This document shows, piece after piece, positions 17,664 through 25,597 of a stretch of 32,000 bases of DNA. The stretch is taken from assembly GCF_000010625.1 (NCBI RefSeq), contig NC_010296.1:1380001-1412000 (forward strand), written 5' to 3'. The DNA comes from Microcystis aeruginosa NIES-843. GTDB taxonomy: Bacteria; Cyanobacteriota; Cyanobacteriia; Cyanobacteriales; Microcystaceae. The stretch's first letter is position 1, and the number at the start of each line of letters is the position of its first letter. The position numbers and the translations under genes were made by a program. Below the pieces are notes generated by a model. It had not been told where the DNA came from. It ran no database searches and worked only from the letters and a program-made list of their open reading frames with translations.

Positions 17664-18752
17664 ATGACTGAAAATATCCCCACTATTGTGGTCATGCACG
17701 GCGACCAAACTGGAGAAGAACTATTACTAGAAGCCCTGAGAGTATTGCAACCCTCGATAATTCGTCAACCGCTTAACTTTGCCGATTTTGATCTTAGTTT
17801 AGCCCAGCGTCGCCAGAGTAACAATCAAGTGGTTCATGAGGCCGCCGAAGCGACTCTAAAAACCGGATTAGCTCTCAAAGCTGCCACCATTACCCCAGAA
17901 ATTAAAGGAGATGTGGGCAGTCCTAACGCTATTTTAAGAGAAGCAATGAATTCTCAGGTAATTCTCCGCATCGGTCGCCGTATCCCCGGTATTCGTCCGA
18001 TTGGGGGCGTTTATTCTCCCATTGCCATTGTCCGCATGGCCGTTGATGATGCCTATGGGGCCAAAGAATGGCGAGAAACCACTGCCACCGGCGATGAAAT
18101 TGCCTATCGCACCTCGCGCATTTCTAGGGCTACCAGTCGCGCTGTGGCCGAGTTTACCTTTCAACAGGCCAAAAAAACCGGGGCGCGGGTATTTGGCGGC
18201 CCAAAATTCACCGTTAGTGCCACCTACGAAGGGATGTTTAAAGAGGAATTAGACGCGGCGGCCCAAAGACATCCGGAAGTGCGTTATCAACCCCTGTTAA
18301 TTGATGCAACTTTTGCCCTACTTTTACAAACCGACGGCGAAGCTTTGGTGATTCCGGCACTTAATCGCGATGGCGATTTATTATCTGATTTTGTCTTGCA
18401 ACTCTATGGCAGTATTGCCGGGGCCGAAAGTTTAGTTTTGGGATTTGATGAGGAGACCTTAGCGGTTAAAACTATTATGGCAGAAGCTCCCCACGGCACT
18501 GCCCCCGCTTTAGAGGGCAAAAATATCGCTAATCCCATGGCGATGATTTTAGCCGCGGCAGCTTTGTTAGGTTATATCGAAACTAACGAAGCGCGTAAAG
18601 CTTCCAGGGCAATTTATGAAAGTGTCTTTGAAACTATTCACGAGGGCAAAAAAACCCCCGATTTAGGGGGACAAATGACCATGAGTGAGTTTACCGATGA
18701 GGTGATTCGTCGCGTGGTCAGTAAGTTAGAAGTTTGGTCGGCCTTGGGGTAA
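17664..18752 (+). CDS. Isocitrate/isopropylmalate dehydrogenase-family protein, short IDH1-like (subfamily II-like) form
   Basis: 362 aa. VVMHGDQTGEE, KAATITPE, SPNAILRE, LLIDA, NRDGDLLSD and EAPHGTA parallel the motifs EMQGDEMTR, KCATITPDE, SPNGTIRN, RLIDD, NYDGDVQSD and EAAHGTV of eukaryote-type NADP-IDH. Confidence 0.85.
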   Translation: MTENIPTIVVMHGDQTGEELLLEALRVLQPSIIRQPLNFADFDLSLAQRRQSNNQVVHEAAEATLKTGLALKAATITPEIKGDVGSPNAILREAMNSQVILRIGRRIPGIRPIGGVYSPIAIVRMAVDDAYGAKEWRETTATGDEIAYRTSRISRATSRAVAEFTFQQAKKTGARVFGGPKFTVSATYEGMFKEELDAAAQRHPEVRYQPLLIDATFALLLQTDGEALVIPALNRDGDLLSDFVLQLYGSIAGAESLVLGFDEETLAVKTIMAEAPHGTAPALEGKNIANPMAMILAAAALLGYIETNEARKASRAIYESVFETIHEGKKTPDLGGQMTMSEFTDEVIRRVVSKLEVWSALG

Positions 18753-18912
18753 ACGAACTCATCTGATTGCTCTCTTAAAGGAGTTTGAAGAAAGGGTAAT
18801 CCCAAAAAATAAGAATTGTTGCAAAAGCCTTGCTTTTGTTGGTTTTGCGGAGAGATAATAGCTACCTTTGAAGTGTATAGTAGAGTCCCTTTGCAGGATT
18901 AGAATAAGGACA

Positions 18913-19536
18913 ATGAAATTACAAACTTTGACAAAAACTCTGACTATTGCTCTGATTGGTGTAGGACCTGCCTTGACCTTACAATCACCGAGCCAAGCTC
19001 AAGCCAGATTCGAGTGTCTTTTACCAGTAACAGGCCGCTATGTAGGAGTTCCCACAACCTATGCCAAAGTCGGCTCTAATGAACGCAAACCTGTGATTCG
19101 TTGGGTTTCTCGTTATTCTAGCGGTTCCGGTTACACTCCCCAGCAACGGTGTCTAGAAGTAACTAAACGATTCAATACCCTTGATGCTCGACCTAGAGGA
19201 ATTGATATTATTACCACTGGCTATCTCAATGGTCTGCCGGTCATCTATTCCCCTAGTCATGGACGAGAACGGGCAAATAGCAGTAACCTGTTATTTACCC
19301 TCAAGAGAGGGGAAGACGCAACCCAGAAAATCCAACTGCTATTTGACCTCCGGGCGGGACACTACACCGAGCCTTTGTTTGAAAGCTCATCGGATTCTGT
19401 CATTGTCTATTTCAATAAATTCCTAGAAAATGCTCCCGTGGAAACAAATCTGGCTACTGGTTCGTCCCCCTCTCCACTGCCGGAGACTTCTCCCGAACAA
19501 CCCCCCCAAAAACCATCGGGCGGTTCTGTTTGGTAA
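18913..19536 (+). CDS. COP23-domain (circadian oscillating protein-like) secreted protein
   Basis: The ATG at 18913 gives the signal-like MKLQTLTKTLTIALIGVGPALTLQSPSQAQA. The core is RFEC...KPVIRW...GYTPQQRC.EVT.RFN...TTGYLNGLPVI...LLFTLK. The tail is Pro/Ser-rich and ends GGSVW. Confidence 0.72.
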   Translation: MKLQTLTKTLTIALIGVGPALTLQSPSQAQARFECLLPVTGRYVGVPTTYAKVGSNERKPVIRWVSRYSSGSGYTPQQRCLEVTKRFNTLDARPRGIDIITTGYLNGLPVIYSPSHGRERANSSNLLFTLKRGEDATQKIQLLFDLRAGHYTEPLFESSSDSVIVYFNKFLENAPVETNLATGSSPSPLPETSPEQPPQKPSGGSVW

Positions 19537-19573
19537 ACTTTTCTAGTTCTATAGATAGGAGCATAGTAATCAA

Positions 19574-20503
19574 GTGAGTCGGCCTATAAAAAGAATTTTG
19601 GCTGGTGCGGGCAGTTTATTATTGGGACTGTCCACACCTTTGCTTGCTGTCCAAAGCTATGCTCCCGCTCTGGAACCTAACCAGGCCAATGCCTATAGCT
19701 CTCAACAACTTTCGGAACAACAGCTGCGTCAGTTAGCCAGAGCAATTACTGTTAAGGTGTTATCAGGGCAAGGCTGGGGTTCGGGCATTTTAGTTGAAAA
19801 GCAGGGTGCTTCCTACAAAGTCCTCACGAATGACCATGTTTTAGGGCGGTATCGCTATCGGGGTTGGCAAATACAAACCCCTGACGGCAAGATACATCGG
19901 GGTGAGTTGGTCAGAACAGTTCGCTTGAATGATTATGATTTAGGCTTAGTTTCTTTTCGCAGTAGCCAAGTTTATTCTATTGCTGATTTGGCTAATGTCG
20001 ATGATCTCGCTATCGGAGATGAAGTTTTCGCCGCTGGCTTTCCCTTCGATGGCGATCGCCCGACAGAACAAGGATTTACCTTCACCCTGGGTAAAGTGTC
20101 GCTTTTGAGTGATAAATCCTTTTCGGGGGGCTACCAAATCGGCTACACCAATAAGATTAAAAATGGCATGAGTGGCGGACCGCTGCTGAATCGGCAAGGT
20201 AAAGTTATTGGTATTAACGGGATTCATGCTTATCCTCTCTGGGGTAAATCCTACGTTTTTGCTGATGGAACAGTGACTTCACCAGCACTGTGGGAACAAA
20301 TGAGTCGATTAAGTTGGGCGATTCCTATCGGGACTTTTTTACAATCGGGGTCATCTTCTCCATCTGCTTCCAGTCGGCAACGGCCCGCAGTGTCACCCCC
20401 ACCGCTTCCCACCCATAGAGAAACCACTTTCTCGGAAGATTTTCCTTCTCCATCCTCGTCAACCCCAAGAGAAAAGAATCCCGCTCCCACACCCCTCTGG
20501 TAA
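19574..20503 (+). CDS. Secreted trypsin-like (S1, Trypsin_2-type) serine protease
   Basis: GTG start and a signal-like N-terminus. The catalytic triad contexts are LTNDHVL, DYDLGLV and GMSGGPLL. There is no PDZ domain. The Pro/Ser-rich tail ends APTPLW. Confidence 0.85.
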   Translation: MSRPIKRILAGAGSLLLGLSTPLLAVQSYAPALEPNQANAYSSQQLSEQQLRQLARAITVKVLSGQGWGSGILVEKQGASYKVLTNDHVLGRYRYRGWQIQTPDGKIHRGELVRTVRLNDYDLGLVSFRSSQVYSIADLANVDDLAIGDEVFAAGFPFDGDRPTEQGFTFTLGKVSLLSDKSFSGGYQIGYTNKIKNGMSGGPLLNRQGKVIGINGIHAYPLWGKSYVFADGTVTSPALWEQMSRLSWAIPIGTFLQSGSSSPSASSRQRPAVSPPPLPTHRETTFSEDFPSPSSSTPREKNPAPTPLW

Positions 20504-20531
20504 ATTCCACTCAACTGTATTTTTAAACCAG

Positions 20532-21737
20532 ATGAGCAACAATTTCTTGAAAATTTCCGCCGCCCTAGTTAGTATAGCGGTGTTTGTGGTTTCTCCTCAG
20601 ATTGCTAAGGCATCAACAACTGAGCAGATAGAAAAAATTGCTGAAAAGATTACCGTTTTAATCCCCTCAGAAGAAGAGGGGGCGAATGGGAAAATTACTG
20701 CTAATGGCTCTGGATCAATTATTGCCAAAGAAGGAAAAGTTTATACTGTTCTTACTGCCAGTCATGTGATCTGTAAAGATGCTAGAGATGCCTGCAAGTT
20801 CTATTACGATCAACTTAAAATTATTACCTGGGATGGCAAGCAATATCCGCTCGATTACAATAGCATCAAAAAATTACCCGGAGTAGATCTAGCTCTCGTG
20901 CAGTTTCAGAGCGACCAAAATTATCAGTTAGCGACCTTGGCTAACTATCAAGTAGCTGACGAACAATTTATTTTTGCTTCTGGATGGCCCGACCCGAAAT
21001 TTATCGGCAAGCGGAAACGATTGTTCAATGTGGGGAAAGTGCTGCCCAAATACATTACACCCTTGCTGAAAATATTTCCCCCAGAGTTGGGGTATGAGAT
21101 AGTTTATACCAGTGTCACCTATGGGGGCATGAGTGGCGGTCCAGTGTTAGATATAAATGGACGAGTCATCGCGGTTCACGGACAAAATGAAGCCGAAAAA
21201 ATCGAAAAGGTTCCCGTGCCAATTGGCTTTAGTCTCGCTATTCCCATCACTACTTTTTTGAAATTAGCACCCCAGTCTGGCATTCAAGGGCAGATAAATG
21301 TCGAAAATTCGCCCCCCAATGCCTTATCTTTGCAAGAAATTGGTGATGAATTATACAAGGCTTTTGAAGTTCCCAATAATAACGATACTAATCCCCTCAA
21401 CTGGCTTAATCAAGGCAATAAAATGTGGCGGTTAGGACAATTAGCCCTCGCCTATGCCGCCTATGAAAAAGCCTTGCAACTCGATGCTCAACTCTATCAA
21501 GCTTGGTACGGTAAAGGTCTGGTCTTGACCTACTGGAAACGCTCCCAAGAGGCGCTGGCCGCCTACGAACAAGCTCTCAAAATTAATCCTGACTCCGATA
21601 CCGCCAAAAAACTGCGCGACAAGCTCCAAGAATCTTTAGGGGGAAGAAATACCCCTTCTCTAACCCCCTCACAGCCAACCACCGCGCCCACCGTGGAGCC
21701 TTCACCACAGCCCTCTAATCCAAGGAGACTATGGTGA
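20532..21737 (+). CDS. Secreted trypsin-like S1 serine protease fused to C-terminal TPR repeats
   Basis: The signal-like N-terminus is ISAALVSIAVFVVSPQIAKA. The triad contexts are LTASHVI, VDLALV and GMSGGPVL. About 3 TPRs follow (WLNQGNKMW...AYEKALQLDAQLYQAWYGKGLVL...AYEQALKINP). The Pro-rich tail ends NPRRLW. Confidence 0.85.
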   Translation: MSNNFLKISAALVSIAVFVVSPQIAKASTTEQIEKIAEKITVLIPSEEEGANGKITANGSGSIIAKEGKVYTVLTASHVICKDARDACKFYYDQLKIITWDGKQYPLDYNSIKKLPGVDLALVQFQSDQNYQLATLANYQVADEQFIFASGWPDPKFIGKRKRLFNVGKVLPKYITPLLKIFPPELGYEIVYTSVTYGGMSGGPVLDINGRVIAVHGQNEAEKIEKVPVPIGFSLAIPITTFLKLAPQSGIQGQINVENSPPNALSLQEIGDELYKAFEVPNNNDTNPLNWLNQGNKMWRLGQLALAYAAYEKALQLDAQLYQAWYGKGLVLTYWKRSQEALAAYEQALKINPDSDTAKKLRDKLQESLGGRNTPSLTPSQPTTAPTVEPSPQPSNPRRLW

Positions 21738-21757
21738 AGTGAGTAGGGAAAATGCGG

Positions 21758-22372
21758 TTAGCTAATAGTGGGTTGCACCAATTTAGCTAAGAATGCTTGA
21801 ATTGCTCGTAGTTCTGCGGGAGGATTGCGGAGAAACTCTTCGTTACTGGCTAAAATCATCGCATTATAGGCCCGCACCGCCGCCAGCAATTTAGCTGGAA
21901 CTACCTTCTTATCTTTGGTCAGTTTCTCTAAGCTGGCCAATAAGTCTTCAATAACATTTAAAGGCGCTGTGCCGGGGGCTGAGTAAAGAGCGGCAATGAC
22001 AGCATTGATATTATTACCCGCCTGTGCATCCCCTGTTAAGATGCTCAGTAGCGATTGCTGAACGGCTGCGGGAATCGGGGTACCCGTGGGGGAGGTTAAA
22101 TTATTATCAGCTAACAGAATATTCAGAGAAGCAGCCGCCTGATTAACAGCGATTTGAGCCGGTTCTCCCCCCTGAAATCCCGTTACCGTCGTGGTGCTGG
22201 GGAAAGTTTGACCGGCAAAATCACCGGTGGAAAGAATTGGCCCAGTGGCATCGGATTGGTTGCCGGTTTGCGCCATAGCGGGAGAGACTAGGGCATTGGT
22301 CAGCAAAACCGCCGCCACTAGGGAAACTTGCCAATTAGTCAACCATTTCATCAACATGGTCTTAATCCTCAT
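21758..22372 (-). CDS. Secreted Ala-rich helical hypothetical protein
   Basis: 204 aa with a signal-like MKWLTNWQVSLVAAVLLTNALVSPAMA-Q. I recognise no family. It lies 33 nt downstream of the beta-barrel-like gene on the same strand. Confidence 0.55.
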   Translation of the reverse strand: MRIKTMLMKWLTNWQVSLVAAVLLTNALVSPAMAQTGNQSDATGPILSTGDFAGQTFPSTTTVTGFQGGEPAQIAVNQAAASLNILLADNNLTSPTGTPIPAAVQQSLLSILTGDAQAGNNINAVIAALYSAPGTAPLNVIEDLLASLEKLTKDKKVVPAKLLAAVRAYNAMILASNEEFLRNPPAELRAIQAFLAKLVQPTIS

Positions 22373-22405
22373 TCAAAAAGCTAAATTAGACAATCTAAAA
22401 ACTGA

Positions 22406-23620
22406 CTAACGGGGGAAAAAGTAATTGTAGCCGATACTCATGACGAAGCGAGCGCCGTCCCCGGCATTGCCCGTTAAATCAGCACCGGCAAGGTTAACCG
22501 TCAAGGGGACTTTCGGGAAGGGAATCAGGGAAATACCTGCGTTTAAATCTTGACCCGACCATTCGACAATGGCCGAGACCGGTTCAACAATTCGTAAACC
22601 CGCACTAGCAAAGACACCGAGGGAATTTACCCCATCTTCGATGGCTCCTTCCGAGCGAAAACGACCACCACCAACACCCAAGGAGAGCGTCAATTGACTA
22701 AAGGGTTCTTTCGTTGTTTCTGTGAACTGAAAAAATTTGCTCACCACCCCGTAGATACTGCTACCGGCATCTGTCCCACCCCAGCGAATGGCGTTTTCAA
22801 ATCCTAGGGCCACAGCAAAACCTTCTGGCAGAGAACGGTGAATTTTAAAGCTAAAACTACCCCGTCCGGCGTTATCACCAAAAAGGCTCAAAATCGCCAG
22901 AGTTACATCTAAACCGACAATTTTCTGGCGTTCTCCTAAACCGACCCCTAGGGCTAACCCGCCATCTGCTTGATTGGTAAAACGGGTTCTCGACTGGAAA
23001 GCGAAACCACCGAAAATCTGCCCAAAATTCGCTCCAAAACCGATGGGAGTAGAGATACTGCCACTAGGGGCAACCACAAATTCCGCCAGTTTCGCAGAAA
23101 GGGTTTTCGGTTCCTCAATCAGAAAATCTTGACGTAAACGCTGTAATTCGGGGGAAACATTGGTATCAACTGGGGTGGATGCTTGCGCTTGCCATTTTTC
23201 GACTTCTGGCGAGTTATTACCCCCTGCTGGGAAAAGCTGACTCGCTTGCATTGTCCCTAGATTCGCCTTCCATTCTTCTAGGGTTGAAATTGTCCCGGTC
23301 TTTTCTGTTGCTAAAGTATCGAGGGAAGATTTCCCTAGTTTATTTTCTAAGGATGAGGGCAGATTACTATCGGCTAATCCCTCTGTTGTCGAGAAGGAAT
23401 TGGTGGTCAGAATTCTGTCCGTCCTCTCTAATTCCACGGGGGAATTAAGGATAATTTTTTCCCGGGATACCCGAATAGAAGCAGCGTCAATGTCTAAGGG
23501 GGAAGGAAGGGCCTTCATCCCATCACAAAGTATGGCTGTCCCCACACAGGATGTGATGAAAATTCCTCCAGAAAATATCTGTCTCATCTGGCTGTTTCTT
23601 TTGGCTTTTTTTAATAACAC
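22406..23620 (-). CDS. Putative outer-membrane beta-barrel protein with a ~190-aa non-barrel N-terminal region
   Basis: The C-terminal ~210 aa show alternating hydrophobic/Gly-rich strand patterns: GGFAFQSRTRF, LALGVGLG, VTLAILSLFG, SFSFKIHRSL, FAVALGFENAI, LTLSLGVGGGRF, GVFASAGLRI and ARFVMSIGYNYFF. An alternative start is the Met at 23587. Confidence 0.5.
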   Translation of the reverse strand: MLLKKAKRNSQMRQIFSGGIFITSCVGTAILCDGMKALPSPLDIDAASIRVSREKIILNSPVELERTDRILTTNSFSTTEGLADSNLPSSLENKLGKSSLDTLATEKTGTISTLEEWKANLGTMQASQLFPAGGNNSPEVEKWQAQASTPVDTNVSPELQRLRQDFLIEEPKTLSAKLAEFVVAPSGSISTPIGFGANFGQIFGGFAFQSRTRFTNQADGGLALGVGLGERQKIVGLDVTLAILSLFGDNAGRGSFSFKIHRSLPEGFAVALGFENAIRWGGTDAGSSIYGVVSKFFQFTETTKEPFSQLTLSLGVGGGRFRSEGAIEDGVNSLGVFASAGLRIVEPVSAIVEWSGQDLNAGISLIPFPKVPLTVNLAGADLTGNAGDGARFVMSIGYNYFFPR

Positions 23621-23762
23621 TTCCAGCTTTCCTCACAGACGAAGTTAATTGGCCAGAATTGTAACTGATTTATTTTTAGATAGCAAGTTATCAAAGTTGC
23701 GTTCTCTGTATGATAATCATTGCTTAGGGACTTGCGTGGGAATAATATCCCAATTGATCGGA

Positions 23763-23830
23763 GGGCGCAAGCTTTGCGCCCCTACAGTAACGGATTTTGT
23801 CCACAATGTAGGGGCGAACTGCGTTCGCCC
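23763..23830. repeat. Pair of GC-rich REP-like hairpins (GGGCGCAA-GCT-TTGCGCCC and GGGCGAAC-TGC-GTTCGCCC) joined by CCTACA...TGTAGG
   Basis: Read directly. The two hairpins and the CTACA/TGTAG arms form a nested inverted repeat. Confidence 0.6.
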
Positions 23831-24171
23831 AAAAGGTACATTATCAAAGCGCAGGTCCCTTATCATTGGTAGGAGTCTTGCTAGGCAAGGCTTTGAAGAC
23901 TATCTTTCTGGAAAGAAAATTATCCCTACAGAAACGAGAAGAACCATCTTTCCTTTGCCAGTGTCTGGAATTGTCAATTCGCCTACCCCATCGGCATTAC
24001 TGAAGAAAATCCTTGTCCTCACTGAAAGTATGGTTTAAAAATTTCCTTGATTCTTTTTGTCCCTAGTCTGCCTAAATGAAATGTAAAATATTTACGACCT
24101 CTATTCTTGGCTTCCCTAGTTGTGGTGCCACTCCGTTCACGAATCCAATAGGCGGATTATATTGCTAGAAC

Positions 24172-24196
24172 TAAAAAAAGCGGGTTGAACCCCGCT
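24172..24196 (-). terminator. Rho-independent terminator of the 24209..24712 gene
   Basis: The minus strand reads AGCGGGGTTCAACCCGCT followed by TTTTTTT, 13 nt after the stop codon. Confidence 0.65.
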
Positions 24197-24208
24197 TGTC
24201 ATCAAAAA

Positions 24209-24712
24209 CTAAGCCAACTTAAAGGCATCTCGCCAACACCAGCGCAACAGGGTAAAAGCTATCAAACCTTTAACCACTTCTAGAAACCAGTAACCAATCT
24301 GCAAGGACATCATTTCTCCCGACATTCCCGACGCAGTAACGGGAGCCAGTAAACCCATAGCGCTCAGATTGGGAGTGAGAAAATAGGTGTAAATTAGGGT
24401 GATTACTAAGAGAACACCGGCGAATAGAAGCGATCGATGTTCGGGGAGATGGATTAAGGTATGATAGCGGTGGAAGACAACAAAGCTACACAGCACAATC
24501 GCCGCACAAACTAATTCCAGATGGTTAAAAATGCCAAATAGCAAGTAACCGGCACTGGCAAAGCCATTTTGTGTCATCATGCCAGCTACGGATAAGCTGG
24601 GGATAATGATTAAATCGATGACGAAACTGGCACTTAACCAGAAACCAAGAACAACCATGGCTAGGGTTGTCCAATTAAACCAAGACCAATAACGCTCAAC
24701 AAAAGTTTTCAT
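24209..24712 (-). CDS. Integral membrane protein with four predicted TM helices (possibly DUF4149/TMEM205-like)
   Basis: 167 aa with four long hydrophobic segments. The family name is a recollection only. Confidence 0.65.
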   Translation of the reverse strand: MKTFVERYWSWFNWTTLAMVVLGFWLSASFVIDLIIIPSLSVAGMMTQNGFASAGYLLFGIFNHLELVCAAIVLCSFVVFHRYHTLIHLPEHRSLLFAGVLLVITLIYTYFLTPNLSAMGLLAPVTASGMSGEMMSLQIGYWFLEVVKGLIAFTLLRWCWRDAFKLA

Positions 24713-25002
24713 TAGGCTTGCTCCTCCTTGCCTTTCTAACTTAATTGTAAAGAGCGTTCGCCAAAATTCTGGCCAGTTTTTCGGTAATTCTTAGCAATTC
24801 TTATCAATTCTTATAATATCAACTTAGTTTTCCGGAAGGGCAACCAAACAATACCGCTCTTACTTCTAGATTTGGCCACCCGCTCGGCGCAGAATTGTAA
24901 AGATTTATCAACAAGTGTTTATAAAAACCTTTAAATATTGACCAAGGTGACGATTCTAGACTTACCCTGAAACAATAACTGACTATCTACGGGTTTACTG
25001 TT

Positions 25003-25317
25003 ATGGATAAGGATTTTCGTAACTATCGCATGGTTTGCACCCTCACCTTCGGAGATATTTACGGACAAATAATCGTCTGGTTAATCGTTATTTTTCTCAC
25101 TCTCGCTTCCACTCTAGCTCTTTGGAGTAGCACTAGACAAATTTTCGCCCTCGCTACCGTGGGGTTAGTCGTCGTCCTCTCTTTGCCTTTTTTACTCTTT
25201 GCTTTCGTTACTACCCTCCTCAATCATATTGAATTCGTTCCCATCGAAGCGGAAACCAACATTCGTCGTGGTCCTGTCCCCGGAGTTAGCGGCAGCCGTG
25301 TACCCGCAGCCAGCTAA
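25003..25317 (+). CDS. Small two-TM membrane protein, hypothetical
   Basis: 104 aa with two hydrophobic helices (IIVWLIVIFLTLASTLALW, LATVGLVVVLSLPFLLFAFVTTLL). Confidence 0.5.
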   Translation: MDKDFRNYRMVCTLTFGDIYGQIIVWLIVIFLTLASTLALWSSTRQIFALATVGLVVVLSLPFLLFAFVTTLLNHIEFVPIEAETNIRRGPVPGVSGSRVPAAS

Positions 25318-25337
25318 ATCCGACCAAATCCCCAATA

Positions 25338-25566
25338 AATAGGGCTTGCTGAAAAAGTTTTTCCTGGGGGCAGGGTGTGGGGTGTGGGGTGTGGGGTGTG
25401 GGGTGTGGGGTTTTATCGATTTTCAGGTGGTCAACTACCTAATTTTCAGGGAAAAAGTACCTGAATTTTCCCCCCAATCACTCCAATGGTCGGCACTTTT
25501 TGAGGGAAAAAAAGTCTAAAAACCTTATCCAACAAGGTTTTTAGATTTATTCAGCAAACCCTAAAT
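25338..25566 (+). mobile_element. MITE copy A (TAGGGYTTGCTGAA-type ends) with an internal (GGTGTGG)n array
   Basis: The ends AAATAGGGCTTGCTGAAAAAG ... TTATTCAGCAAACCCTAAAT are inverted repeats. It is near-identical over its whole length to 27735-27957. Confidence 0.7.
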
Positions 25567-25597
25567 AATCTAGAGACGTTGTCAGCAACGTCTCTAG

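Noticed and set aside
23649-24038. 129-aa ORF in the intergenic region upstream of the beta-barrel-like gene
   Set aside because: It has a TTG start and no recognisable domain. It runs across the paired REP-like GC hairpins (23763-23830), and its composition looks non-coding.
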